Notes: generated from the letters alone by a model not told the origin. 64,000 nt of DNA from Candidatus Latescibacterota bacterium (GCA_965222075.1 OZ244937.1:928001-992000); one strand, 5' to 3'; counted from the first letter of the stretch, positions 20,753 through 31,276 are shown. Translations and numbers: made by a program.

Positions 20753-21694
20753 ATGAAAAGAGGGTCTATGGACAGGATATCGATTGAGACGTACGGCACC
20801 AGCATGGTGCGGCCCGATGACTTCGACGCGTTCTGGGACGATGTGCTGACGCAGGCGGACCGGATTCCGCTGAACGCTTCGGTTGAGCGGGTGGCGCTGC
20901 GTTCGACGCCTGAGGTGGACGTGTACGAGGTGCATTACGACAGTTTGGACGGGGTGCGCATCGCGGGGTGGTACTGCCTGCCGGTGGACCGGCAGGGAAA
21001 GCTGCCGGCGATTTTGCAGGTGCCGGGTTACATCGGCGAGCCTGCGCTGCCCAGGGGGCGGACCAGGGCGGGCTATGCGGCCTTCGGCGCGGCGCCAAGA
21101 GGGAAGCTGCGGAGCAACGCGCAGTTCAATCCGGGTTATCCGGGTCTGCTGGCGCACAATATCGTGGACCGGAATACCTATTCCTACCGGGGCTTCTACA
21201 TCGACGCGGTGCGGGCGTTCGATTTCCTGCAAAGCCGCGAGGAGGTCGATCCGGATCGGATCGGTGTGACGGGCAGCAGCCAGGGTGGGGGGCTGACGCT
21301 GGTGGTGGCGGGGCTGCGCCGGGGCGTTCGGGCTGCGGCGGCCGGAGCGCCTTATCTGTGCGGGTTTATGGATGCGATCGAACTGACGCACACCTATCCC
21401 TACCAGGAAATCCGGGACTACCTGCGGCTCTATCCGGATCGGGAGGCGGCCGTGCGCGAGACCCTGTCCTATTTCGATGGGATCCATTTCGGGCTGCGTA
21501 TTACCTGCCCGATCATTGTCAATATCGGGCTGCAGGACAATGTGTGCCCGCCGGAGACGGGGTTTGCGGCATTCAATACCATCGCTTCGGAAGACAAGAC
21601 GCTCTATCCCTACGATGGACACGGGCACGATGCGGGGCGCGCGGAGCACAGCGCAATTATTGAGACATTTTTTAAAAAGCATCTGAATCCTTGA
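20753..21694 (+). CDS. Acetylxylan esterase / cephalosporin-C deacetylase (CE7)
   Basis: PDDFDAFW, nucleophile GSSQGG, QDNVCPP, GHGH. Confidence 0.9.
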   Translation: MKRGSMDRISIETYGTSMVRPDDFDAFWDDVLTQADRIPLNASVERVALRSTPEVDVYEVHYDSLDGVRIAGWYCLPVDRQGKLPAILQVPGYIGEPALPRGRTRAGYAAFGAAPRGKLRSNAQFNPGYPGLLAHNIVDRNTYSYRGFYIDAVRAFDFLQSREEVDPDRIGVTGSSQGGGLTLVVAGLRRGVRAAAAGAPYLCGFMDAIELTHTYPYQEIRDYLRLYPDREAAVRETLSYFDGIHFGLRITCPIIVNIGLQDNVCPPETGFAAFNTIASEDKTLYPYDGHGHDAGRAEHSAIIETFFKKHLNP

Positions 21695-21707
21695 CCTGGA
21701 GCAGAAG

Positions 21708-22613
21708 ATGGCGAATGTATTTCAACCCACAACCGTGCGTCCGGACGATTTCGACGCCTATTGGGAGCGGGTGCTTTGGGAATTGGACGGGACGCCGGTT
21801 GCCGCTGAAGAGGAGGAGAACCCGCTCCGTTCAACGGAATTCTGTACAGCCTATCAGGTGCGCCTGACCAGCATCGGCCCCTACCGGATCTTCGGACACC
21901 TGAGCATCCCGAACGGAGAGGGACCGTTTCCGGTTCTGATTTTTCTGGCGCGCTATCAAAGTGTGATGGATGTTATTCCACAGGGCGATGCCAACGAGAA
22001 GCGGAGCCGGTTTGTGACCTTCGGACTTTCGGCGCGCGGACAGCGCAATGCAGACAAGCCCTACGCGGCCGCATATCCGGGGGTCTTTACGGACGGGATC
22101 GAGGATACCGAATCTTATGTGTTTCGAGGTGTTGTGGCGGACTGTTGCCGGGCGGTGGATTACGTGCTTTCCCGCTCGGAAGTGGACCGCAGCCGGGTTG
22201 CGGGCATAGGCATAAACGAAATGCCGCTACTGACGGCTGCGCTGCGGTCGGGGTTGACGCACGCGATTGCCTCGCCTTCGTTCTTTTACGCAACGATGGA
22301 CCGGGCGGCGAGGACGGAGGGCTATCCCCTTGAAGAAGTCAATGATTACCTGCGGCTCTACCCCGACCGCCGGGAGGCCGTGGCCCAAACGGTGGCCTAT
22401 TTCGATCCGCTGTTTTTCGCGCCTTCTGTGCGTATTCCAACGCTGATGTGGTCCGGCGCATCGCTTGCAGCGCCTCTGGTGGGGGCGATGGGTGGAGAGG
22501 TGGAGGTCAAGGAGAGCGAAGGTTCGAGGTACAAAGACGGGGTTTACCAGGAGGAGTGGGTGGCGCGGCAGTTCGGATTTGAGGGTGCAATTCTGCCCGC
22601 GCACTGGCAGTGA
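21708..22613 (+). CDS. CE7 esterase paralog lacking the catalytic triad
   Basis: PDDFDAYW and RGQ are present, but GxSQG is replaced by GINEM and the Asp and His motifs are absent. Confidence 0.75.
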   Translation: MANVFQPTTVRPDDFDAYWERVLWELDGTPVAAEEEENPLRSTEFCTAYQVRLTSIGPYRIFGHLSIPNGEGPFPVLIFLARYQSVMDVIPQGDANEKRSRFVTFGLSARGQRNADKPYAAAYPGVFTDGIEDTESYVFRGVVADCCRAVDYVLSRSEVDRSRVAGIGINEMPLLTAALRSGLTHAIASPSFFYATMDRAARTEGYPLEEVNDYLRLYPDRREAVAQTVAYFDPLFFAPSVRIPTLMWSGASLAAPLVGAMGGEVEVKESEGSRYKDGVYQEEWVARQFGFEGAILPAHWQ

Positions 22614-22655
22614 GAGAGATATTTTGTAGGGGCCGCAGGGGATTAAGGAGGATCG

Positions 22656-23651
22656 ATGTCTGATTGCGGAGGGGAGAAGCAGATGCCTGACCGAGAACGC
22701 GTCGAGATTGTGGTGCCGGGTGATGATCCGTTGATGATTGACGGTTCGCCTCATCTGGAGCGGCTGGAGCCTTACGGGGATGTGGTGCTCCACCGGGACC
22801 GTCCGAAGTCCGTGGCAGAGAAGGTCGAGCGGGCAAAGAATGCTGATATTTTGATGAATACCCGGGGGGCGGTGACATGGGGGTATGAGGAGTTCGAGCA
22901 GCTTCCGAAGCTGCGGATGATTACGAGCTGTTCTATCGGGACCGATATGTTCGATCTGGAGGCCGCCGGAGCGCGCGGGATTGTGATCTGCAACCAGCCG
23001 GGGCGGACCGCATCGGTGGTAGCTGAACATATGTTCGGGCTGATGTTCGCCGCGGCCAGGCGGGCGGCCTATTTAACCGCCGAGATGAAGGCGGGACGCT
23101 GGCCCCGGATTGACATTATCATGTTGCAGAAGAAGGTGCTGGGTATTGTGGGCGCGGGGAACATCGCCGCGGAAATGGCGCGGCTGGGCCGGGCGGTCGG
23201 GATGGAGGTGATCGCGTGGACCTACAACCCGTCTCCCCAACGGGCCGAGGCGCTGGGGGTGCGTTTTGTGGCGTTGGACGAGCTTCTGCAGACGGCCGAC
23301 GTGGTGAGCATCCATGTGCGGTTGACCGGGGAGAGCCGGGGGCTGATCGGTAAGCGCGAGTTCGGGCTGATGAAGCAGGGAGCGCTTTTGCTCAACGGAG
23401 CAAGGGGGCCGATCGTGGATTCGGGTGCTCTGGTTGAGGCCCTGAATTCGGGACATTTAGGCGGGGCCGGGATCGATGTGTACGACGAGGAACCCATACC
23501 GACAGACCATCCACTCCTTTCCTGCGAACAGGTGGTGCTCACACCCCACTGCGCGGATATGACGCCGGAAGGGGTGGACCTGCTGAACGGTGGGGCGGTG
23601 GACAATGTGATCGCGTTTCTGGAAGGAAGACCGCAGCATGTGGTGACCTGA
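22656..23651 (+). CDS. D-2-hydroxyacid dehydrogenase (SerA-like)
   Basis: GIVGAGNIA, NGARGPIVD, DVYDEEP, LTPHCA. Confidence 0.9.
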   Translation: MSDCGGEKQMPDRERVEIVVPGDDPLMIDGSPHLERLEPYGDVVLHRDRPKSVAEKVERAKNADILMNTRGAVTWGYEEFEQLPKLRMITSCSIGTDMFDLEAAGARGIVICNQPGRTASVVAEHMFGLMFAAARRAAYLTAEMKAGRWPRIDIIMLQKKVLGIVGAGNIAAEMARLGRAVGMEVIAWTYNPSPQRAEALGVRFVALDELLQTADVVSIHVRLTGESRGLIGKREFGLMKQGALLLNGARGPIVDSGALVEALNSGHLGGAGIDVYDEEPIPTDHPLLSCEQVVLTPHCADMTPEGVDLLNGGAVDNVIAFLEGRPQHVVT

Positions 23652-23659
23652 CCAGGAGG

Positions 23660-26161
23660 TTGCTTATGGATGCGTACGAACCGTTGGATCTGTCTGCGTT
23701 TTGCAACGCAGGGCTGGAGGCGCTGGGTGGGGCTGGGGAGACGCCGGTGGGCGCGCAGTCGTTTCAGGGGCTGCCGTTCCGGATCGGCACGGCCGACGGG
23801 GCGGGTGAGCGCTGTTTTGTGGGGTTTGGAGAGGGGTTGCGGGGAGAGGCTTTGAAAATTCCGATCGGGAAGGGGGCGCGGCAGGTGATTGTGGCGCACC
23901 GGCTGCTGGAATCGAAGCTCTTGGAAGGCGGTCCGATCGGGTTGCCGGTGGCTGACTACATCTTTCACCTGGAAGGAAGGGAGACGGTTCGGGTGCCGAT
24001 CCGGGAGCGGTTCGAGATTTCTACCGTGCCGGATGCAGGGGGGGCGCCTTTTGTGGCTTTTCCGGAACGGACGGACAGCCTGCAACCCCGCTGGGAGGGC
24101 CCCTGGGATGCTGCGGGCCGGCGGCAGACGGAATCGAACCGGGGCGGGTCACGGGGGTATGTGCTCTGGGCGTGGGAGAATCCGCAGCCGGACCGGCAGG
24201 TTGAGGCGCTGGAGGTGGTCCCGGCAGGGCCCGGGTTCCTGATCGGGGCGATCACGCTGGGATATGCGGACGAGTACCCCTTCTCCCGGGAGGCGCCCCG
24301 GCCGGTGGTGATTACCCTGCCGCAGGAGAGGGACGCGGAAAAGCGGTTCGACCTTGAGGTCGAGGTGGACCGGGGGATCGCCACCTACCCCTACCCGCTG
24401 CCGGAGCAGCCGGAGGCGTTCCTGGAAGATGCCCGGAAGGGATGGGGAGAGCCGCAGAATTCGAAGAACAGCCCGGCCTGCGTGGAGGTGGCTGCGGTGC
24501 CGTCGGCGACGGTGACCGTGAAAGGGGGGGGCGAGGCGCTGGGGAAGGTGAACTGGGGAGCGTTGGAGGAGAAGGGCAAGGTGGAGACGTCCAGGCTGCG
24601 GGTTTCGGTGGTGAAAGGGGGGCGCAACTGGGTGCATACGCGGGTGGTGGACGACGAGACGGGAAGGCCGGTGCCCTGCCGGGTGCACTTCCGCTCGCCC
24701 GAGGGGATTCCTTATGCGCCGCACGGGCACCACGCGCATGTCAACTCCAACATGGGGACCTGGCATATCGATGTGGGCGGGGATGTGCGGCTGGGACAGA
24801 TTTCGTACGCGTACATCGACGGGACGTGCCAGGGGTGGCTGCCCCGGGGAGAGGTGATGGTGGACGTTGCCCGGGGCTATGAGTACGAGCCGCTGCGCGC
24901 AAAGGTGGAGGTCAAACCCGGGCAGCGGGAGCTGGAGCTCAGGTTGAAGCGGTGGTGTCATATGAACCGGGACCGCTGGTTCAGTGGGGATTCGCACGTT
25001 CACTTCCTGTCCACGCAGGGCAGCCACACAGAGGCGCAGGGGGAGGACCTGAACGTGGTGAACCTGCTGCCGTCACAGTGGGGCAGCCTGTTTACGAACA
25101 CCGAGGAGTTTACGGGGCGGGCGAGTGTGTCGCCCGACGGGAACAGCATTGTTTATGTGGGGTCGGAGAACCGGCAGCACTTTTTGGGGCACCTGATCCT
25201 GCTGGGGCTGAAGGAGACGGTGATGCCCTGGTGCTCCGACGGACCGGGCGAGGCGGAGTTGGGGGGAACGCTGGAGGTGACGATGTCGGACTGGGCGGAT
25301 CGGTGCCACGCGCAGGGGGGGACGGTGATCATCCCGCACCTGCCCAACCCGAATGGGGAGCCGGCCACGCTGATTGCCACGGGGCGCGCGGATGCGGTGG
25401 AGATGCTCAGGCACGGGACGTATAACCATCTGGAGTACTACCGCTATCTGAACTGCGGGTACAGGCTGCCGCTGGTGGGCGGCACGGATAAGATGAGCAG
25501 CGACGTTCCGGTGGGGATCTACAGAACGTACGTCCACATCCCGGCGGATGAGCCGTTTACTTATGAGAGCTGGTGCAGGAATCTGACCGCCGGGCGGACA
25601 TTCCACAGCGGCGGGCCGATCGTCCGCTTTACCGTGGACGGTCACCAGATCGGAGATACGATCAATCTGCCGGGCAATGGAGGGACGGTGGAGGTCACCG
25701 CCGAGGCGGAGTCGATCCTGCCGATCCATACGCTGGAGGTGGTGCAGGAGGGCCGCGTGGTGGCCTCGGCGGATGAGCCGAAGGGGACGCGGAAGTTAAG
25801 CCTGAAGGCAAAGGTGAAGGTGGAGGGGCACTCCTGGCTGGCCGCCCGATGCGGGGGGCCGGGCTATACGGCAGTGCCGCACTTAGACGGCTGGGGACGG
25901 GGCCTGATGGCGCATACGTCTCCGATCTATGTCGCCTGCGGCGGAGCGTGGTGGATGTTCAACCAGGAGGCGGCGCAGTATATGCTCACGCTGGTGGAGG
26001 GCTGCATTTCCTACATCCGGCAGACGAGCCGCCAGGACCGGCCGGGAGAGGTCACGCACCACCACGGGGAGGAGGACCACCTGGCCTATCTGGAGAGGCC
26101 GTTTGCAGAGGCCCGGGCGGCGATCCACAAACGGATGCACCAGCTGGGTATTCCACACTGA
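23660..26161 (+). CDS. CehA/McbA-family metallohydrolase (PHP-like domain)
   Basis: WFSGDSHVH, ENRQHFLGH, GGTDKM; typical ~830 aa architecture. Confidence 0.75.
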   Translation: MLMDAYEPLDLSAFCNAGLEALGGAGETPVGAQSFQGLPFRIGTADGAGERCFVGFGEGLRGEALKIPIGKGARQVIVAHRLLESKLLEGGPIGLPVADYIFHLEGRETVRVPIRERFEISTVPDAGGAPFVAFPERTDSLQPRWEGPWDAAGRRQTESNRGGSRGYVLWAWENPQPDRQVEALEVVPAGPGFLIGAITLGYADEYPFSREAPRPVVITLPQERDAEKRFDLEVEVDRGIATYPYPLPEQPEAFLEDARKGWGEPQNSKNSPACVEVAAVPSATVTVKGGGEALGKVNWGALEEKGKVETSRLRVSVVKGGRNWVHTRVVDDETGRPVPCRVHFRSPEGIPYAPHGHHAHVNSNMGTWHIDVGGDVRLGQISYAYIDGTCQGWLPRGEVMVDVARGYEYEPLRAKVEVKPGQRELELRLKRWCHMNRDRWFSGDSHVHFLSTQGSHTEAQGEDLNVVNLLPSQWGSLFTNTEEFTGRASVSPDGNSIVYVGSENRQHFLGHLILLGLKETVMPWCSDGPGEAELGGTLEVTMSDWADRCHAQGGTVIIPHLPNPNGEPATLIATGRADAVEMLRHGTYNHLEYYRYLNCGYRLPLVGGTDKMSSDVPVGIYRTYVHIPADEPFTYESWCRNLTAGRTFHSGGPIVRFTVDGHQIGDTINLPGNGGTVEVTAEAESILPIHTLEVVQEGRVVASADEPKGTRKLSLKAKVKVEGHSWLAARCGGPGYTAVPHLDGWGRGLMAHTSPIYVACGGAWWMFNQEAAQYMLTLVEGCISYIRQTSRQDRPGEVTHHHGEEDHLAYLERPFAEARAAIHKRMHQLGIPH

Positions 26162-26219
26162 GAGAATTGATTCAAAGCGCATTGGAGATCTAACTCCCCC
26201 CGCGATTCTGATCTCCCCA

Positions 26220-26262
26220 ACAGAAGGGCCTTCGGCAGTTTGTTCGCTGAGGGCCCTTCTGT
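26220..26262. terminator. Long hairpin, possible terminator
   Basis: ACAGAAGGGCCTTCGGC / GCTGAGGGCCCTTCTGT inverted repeat between convergent genes. Confidence 0.55.
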
Positions 26263-26342
26263 GTTCGGGACGGCAGACGCATCCGGACGGCGTACTCACC
26301 CACCGGATGCTCCTGCTCAAATAGCGTCCAGCGAATGATCGC

Positions 26343-26546
26343 CTACTTCGCTTCCAATGCCTCATAAATACTCGCAAACTGCTCCAACGCCGCCTCCAGG
26401 TTTTCGGTAATCTCAGCGGCGATCACATCCGGTTTGGGAAGAGTCTCAGACGCATTGAGGCTTTCATCTCGCAGGACATTGCAGTAATTCCACAATTTTT
26501 GGACAATAGTTGATGAATCGTTTAATCCTGAGAATCCTGATGGCAT
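26343..26546 (-). pseudogene. hsdM: Type I R-M methyltransferase HsdM with near-total internal deletion
   Basis: HsdM N-terminus IVQKLWNYCNVLRD fused in frame to C-terminus DESL...LPKPDVIAAEITENLEAALEQF. Confidence 0.8.
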
Positions 26547-26586
26547 TTTTGTGATTATTCTCCTGTAGTTGGATGTGATAGCAAAT

Positions 26587-26970
26587 TCATGCTATCGGCA
26601 TGATTACCAATTTACTGGCAAGAGCCAGTTTTCTTGCGATGCTCTGACGCTCGCTCTTGTCTGCTGGGAATGGCGTGATATTGGCATGTAGTTCATGAGG
26701 TTGCGTGTCTGGAATGACTTTAAGGTTATAATTATAGACTTGCTCCGCTGAAAGATCTGCCCTTGCTCTCAATGTTCTTTTTCCTTGGACGTATTCCAGC
26801 CCAATCGCCCAAACCTCGCTTTCAGTGAGTGATGAGGTACGATACACAGATATATCCTTGCTATTTGAAGGAGGAATAAACGCCCAAAATTTGACTTCCC
26901 TTTTCATGGCGGAAAATTGACTTTTGGAAAAAATAAAACGGGCGAGTTTCTCACCCGGCAGAACATCCAT
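26587..26970 (-). CDS. Hypothetical protein, possible ADP-ribosyltransferase-fold toxin
   Basis: 127 aa; LARF...AF...ISVYR...HANI pattern recalls R-S-type ART toxins (inference). Confidence 0.45.
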   Translation of the reverse strand: MDVLPGEKLARFIFSKSQFSAMKREVKFWAFIPPSNSKDISVYRTSSLTESEVWAIGLEYVQGKRTLRARADLSAEQVYNYNLKVIPDTQPHELHANITPFPADKSERQSIARKLALASKLVIMPIA

Positions 26971-26983
26971 ATCAAATCCTTAA

Positions 26984-27550
26984 TTAAAGGAGGAGGTTTA
27001 ACAACGTTAGAAAACCTCGCAACATGGCAGTATCTGATAATGCACAGACTCCTTCGACTTGACGTTTGTCATTAAAAAAAGCACCGTAGATGACATGATT
27101 ATCTCCATATAGGCCCATCGTCGCTATGCCGTTCTCTGGTCGCCACTCAAATCCAAGGCTACCATCTTCTGCCCAGCCGATGTCCGGCATGGGGACATTG
27201 CACTGAGAGAGCATCTTTAGTAAAGAATGCGCGTCATCGTATGCCGAATCCGAGATAGGATCAATTTCGTTATCCAACGCTGATGCTTCCATAGCCTCTT
27301 GGCGTATCTCCTCTAATTGTTGTTGTGCATAGTCTAGCCAAGAGAAATACTGCTCAAATGCTGAAACCCACCCAATCACATCCTTATCATCTGGCTGGTA
27401 CGCCTGAGTTTGTAGATTTTGTGGTTCCGGATAGTAAGGCCTTGATAGAGGAGCCTGGGGGTTGCTCATGAATTCTATTCCCACTTGATTCTGAAGCCCT
27501 GAGTGGTATTCGGCTTGACGACTGGGGGTGGTCATTATTTTCTCTCCCAT
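26984..27550 (-). CDS. Hypothetical acidic protein
   Basis: Intact AT-rich ORF coupled to its neighbours; PDIGWAEDGSLGFEW motif. Confidence 0.6.
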   Translation of the reverse strand: MGEKIMTTPSRQAEYHSGLQNQVGIEFMSNPQAPLSRPYYPEPQNLQTQAYQPDDKDVIGWVSAFEQYFSWLDYAQQQLEEIRQEAMEASALDNEIDPISDSAYDDAHSLLKMLSQCNVPMPDIGWAEDGSLGFEWRPENGIATMGLYGDNHVIYGAFFNDKRQVEGVCALSDTAMLRGFLTLLNLLL

Positions 27551-28353
27551 ACTTGTGTTTGGATGTGTTCCGTAAACATACTGGTGAATTTTTCGCGAAT
27601 TTCACCATGCGCCGACTTAAACCACGTTATCATCGCGTCGTATTCCGCGTTCTGTGGAAAGCCACGTATTGTAAAATCGGTTTGCAGTGTTTGCCTTTGA
27701 TCAGATACCCTGACCCGATTACCTATGGTCAAGTGTAACCGTCCGTTTAAGTCCTGAATGGGAAATGAGGTCCGCAAAATCATAGATTCGGCACCAGACC
27801 AAAATGAATCCGATGGTTGAGAATTAATAAATAGGTTGTAAATTTTTCCAATGTCAACAAGAGTATTCCAGCCATCCCCATGCATAAGTTGATCGATATA
27901 GGTCAGTTCATATTGCAATGGAGTTACTGCGCCAATTTCCATGTTTCCGATAATTTTGTTAAAGCGGTTATAGAGTTCTTTAAACTTTTCAAAAATGGCT
28001 GAGAATCCGGGATATCTCTGATTTGGCTCGGTTTTACGCCAGTTGAACGTAAATCGATCGCGTTGCACCTGTATGATTTGGTTATTATCTTTGTGAATGA
28101 ACCAAATTCGCGCGAGGTTAGGGAAATTCCCAAAATGCAACTCAGTTTCTTGGTTTGGATTAGGAAAATTTTCCCTTGTGGGCATAACCGGTGGCTGTTC
28201 CGCGATTTCCAAAAACCCCTCTTTTTTTAATTCCTGCCATATTTCGCCAAAATGGGGAGCCAGGAACCTATCGAGAGACTTGAAAAGCACACTCAACACC
28301 ACCTCATCTACGGGTGGTCGCACGAAATCGAGCTTCTTGCGCAGGGTTTCCAT
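27535..28353 (-). CDS. TIGR04255 family protein
   Basis: PPVDEVVLSVLF, RIWF...IIQVQRDRFTFNWRK...YPGF, ELTYID; GGAGG RBS. Confidence 0.75.
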   Translation of the reverse strand: METLRKKLDFVRPPVDEVVLSVLFKSLDRFLAPHFGEIWQELKKEGFLEIAEQPPVMPTRENFPNPNQETELHFGNFPNLARIWFIHKDNNQIIQVQRDRFTFNWRKTEPNQRYPGFSAIFEKFKELYNRFNKIIGNMEIGAVTPLQYELTYIDQLMHGDGWNTLVDIGKIYNLFINSQPSDSFWSGAESMILRTSFPIQDLNGRLHLTIGNRVRVSDQRQTLQTDFTIRGFPQNAEYDAMITWFKSAHGEIREKFTSMFTEHIQTQVWERK

Positions 28354-28484
28354 AATGTGTCACCTCCCGGATTTGAGATACGTTTCCTTATTAAGTTGTA
28401 ACGCCTGATTTTAACGTAAGGTTTCACCAAATGCACCGCTAATGCTCTGCCAGTACTGATGGCCCCTTGTTGGGCACCGCATCT

Positions 28485-28850
28485 TCAACGTTCAAATAAC
28501 GCCAATTGCTTTTTGGTTTTCCTTTTGGTCTTCTGCTCGGCTTCCCGTTTAGCCTTCTCTTCTTTGATACGCTCAAGCAGCTTTTCTGCTGGCTCGTCAT
28601 TGGGATCTTGCGGAACCAATTTTCCAGAGAGAGCTTCTTTGAGAATAGATTGGCGGAGAGTTTCAGCGCGTTTGAGTTCGGCGTCAAGGGTCGCTTCGAC
28701 TTCATTGGCGACGGAGAGGCGGCGTTCGACTTCGGGGACGATGCGGCGTTGTTCGGCCAGAGGTGGAAGGGGAATTTCAAAGGTTTCGAGTTGGTTTCCC
28801 GTTACCGCATTAAAGGTTGTTCCTGTGCCTTTGCCCGCGATTTTACTCAT
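28485..28850 (-). pseudogene. hsdS: Type I R-M specificity subunit HsdS, C-terminal fragment
   Basis: GTTF..., IPLPPLAEQRRIV, LRQSILKEALSGKLVPQDPNDEPAEKLLERIK; 5' part missing. Confidence 0.85.
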
Positions 28851-29329
28851 CGAATGTTCCCCCTGCGCGGTGACCGGCCCATCGGTCAATGCGAAATCTC
28901 ACTGCTCGTCCGGGCTGAGTGAGCGGACTTCGCGGACTTCCCGGGCATCCTGCTCAATCACCCTCGGTCCAGGTTCGACGGGCGGCCTCTTGCGGAACTT
29001 CGATGGGCAACTGTGGCCAATCCGCCGCGATGCTCGAGAACCGCTTGCAGCGGGAAGGCCATTGCCTCTGCGAGGATGGTGATGGTAAAAAACAGCTAAA
29101 GCTTTACCGGCTTTCAGGCCGGGAGAGAGATGAGAGGGTCGTTATGGGAAACCCTGGTAACACGGTCCGGCGAAAATTCTCAATTCGAGAATCGCTCTAA
29201 GTGGTACGTTCACCCTCAAACGCAAAAGCGTTTTGAGAAGCCCGAGTGGGTCATGCTGTCTCAAACAATCAGCGCGTCTTCGAATGCAGACGGTGGAGCG
29301 CGCGTAGCAGGACACGGACCTGTACGATC

Positions 29330-29358
29330 TTGACATCCCCAATCATATTCCGTATATT
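29330..29358 (+). promoter_or_regulatory. Sigma70-type promoter of the metal-uptake operon
   Basis: TTGACA-17 bp-TATATT. Confidence 0.65.
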
Positions 29359-29405
29359 TCTGCCGTACACCTTGATGCGGTCTACCCTCTCTTGAGGTTG
29401 ATAGG

Positions 29406-29681
29406 GTGCTTTATTCTTCCAAACGGCTACATCCTGCTGCCTTTCTCGTTCTGTTGATTTTCGTGGCCTGCCTGGCGGTCTTCGTACTTACCGCTTTCCC
29501 CGGTCACGATCACCAACAACAATGTGCTATTTGCGTATGGTTCAATAACCTGACCATTTGTTTGCCGGTCGTATTGCTATTCCAGCTTTGCTTCCTGCGT
29601 TTCCGGCAATGTTTTTCCTCATGCCAATTCCTTCGCATTTCCCTCCTTCTTCCTGATGGACGTGCCCCTCCTGTGTTCTGA
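29406..29681 (+). CDS. DUF2946-like leader protein with His/CxxC and C-terminal RAPP
   Basis: N-terminal hydrophobic segment, HDHQQQCAIC, ends GRAPPVF; upstream of a lipoprotein and TBDR. Confidence 0.7.
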   Translation: MLYSSKRLHPAAFLVLLIFVACLAVFVLTAFPGHDHQQQCAICVWFNNLTICLPVVLLFQLCFLRFRQCFSSCQFLRISLLLPDGRAPPVF

Positions 29682-29992
29682 ACCATCCTCCCGTGTTCTG
29701 AAGACACATCCTTCATATTTTCCCCAGCATTTACAATCCGTTATACCAGGCCAACGCTATGCCTGTGTTTACGCCCAAAGGTATTTTCGGTACCTGTGAG
29801 CGTCAGACGGTTTTGAATTTCCCGCGATTGTTTTTCAGCAATTCTATCTGTTTCCGGTAGAACCTGCTCTTGTAAATGCCGGTAAACTATCCACGAAATC
29901 GGCATAATCCCGGTATCGCATCTGACCAACGACAGATGTCCCGGCTGGATCCCGGCGTAGGTTCAATCCCATCCATTCAGGAGACCCTTAAA

Positions 29993-31233
29993 ATGAAAAC
30001 GTTTCATCACCCCATTGCCGCAGCGGCGGTTTTGGCCCTGTTCGTGGCCGGCTGTGGCAAAGACGATCCCATATCCCCAGAGGAAGACCATTACGAAGCC
30101 GAAGGCCTCGTGCTTATTGACTCGGGCAACCGATTTTTCCGGTATTTCCGGGGCGAAATCGACTCCGCGACGGCCGGGCGGACATCCTCGAGGTCCCTCA
30201 CGGGCAACTCACCCCCCACTGGAGCATCCGGTTCCTGGATGCGGACGGCAACGAAATGGCGCCCCCCAGCGGTGAAGGCACCAGCTTCACGTGGGTCATC
30301 GCCGACCCGTCGGTCGTGGAAGTTTTCCAGGATGAGGGCGATGAGGGCAAGTTTGACTTCCACCTGCGGGGCCTCGAAGAGGGGGAGACCACCATTGTGC
30401 TGCAGATCGCGCACGAAGGCCACGTGGACTTCCGCACGCAGCCCATTCCCGTGCATGTGGTAGAAGAGTTTGAGGCCGAGGGGCTCGTGCTTATCGACTC
30501 GGGCAACCGATTTTTCCGGTATTTCCGGGGCGAAATCGACTCCGACGACGGTCGGGCGGAGTACCTTGAAGCGCCGATTGGGCTGACCGCTCACTGGAGT
30601 GTCAAATTCCTGGACAGCCACGGTGATGAAATAGACCCACCCGACGATCCCGAATTCACCTTCGGCTGGACCATTGACGATCCGTCGGTCGTGGAAGTTT
30701 TCCAGGATGAGGGCGACGAGGGCAAGTTTGACTTCCACCTGCGGGGCCTCAAAGAGGGCGAAACCACCATCATGTTACAGGTCGACCACGAAGGCCACGT
30801 GGACTTCCGCACGCTGCCCATTCCCGTACATGTGGTGTCACAGGCCGGCCAACACGGCGAACCCGTGGGTCTGCGCCTCAAAGACGAAGACAGCGGTCAG
30901 GTGCTCGTCCAGGCATCCCGTGAGGGGAAGGGCGACTCCACTGGTGTTCTGGCGGTCGCCGTGGGCGATACCACCGACCATATCGCGACCGTTTTTTTCG
31001 ACGATCAAGACGTGGAATTCCAGCCTGAAGCACCGGACGAGACCCTGGGCATTGCAGTGGCGGACACATCGTTGCTCGGCATCGATCCGCCGGTGGCGCC
31101 CGACTACTGGGCTTTCAAACTCATCGGCAAAAAGGCCGGGACCACGACGATTACCCTGTCCATCGTGCACGATGGACAGGCCGAACACACATTCGTGCCG
31201 ATTTCGGTGGTGATCAGCGCGCAGTCGCAATAA
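29993..31233 (+). CDS. His/acidic lipoprotein with a duplicated domain (1-bp frameshift near 30167)
   Basis: Lipobox VAGC; two ~125-aa repeats (EAEGLVLIDSG...HEGHVDFRT); copy 1 lacks one base relative to copy 2. Confidence 0.7.
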
Positions 31234-31276
31234 ACACAGGGGAGAAGGCTGGGCTGCCTTCTCCCCGTTCACAACG

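Noticed and set aside
30094-30835. Near-identical repeats as a DGR TR/VR pair
   Set aside because: The differences are not adenine-specific; this is an in-gene domain duplication.
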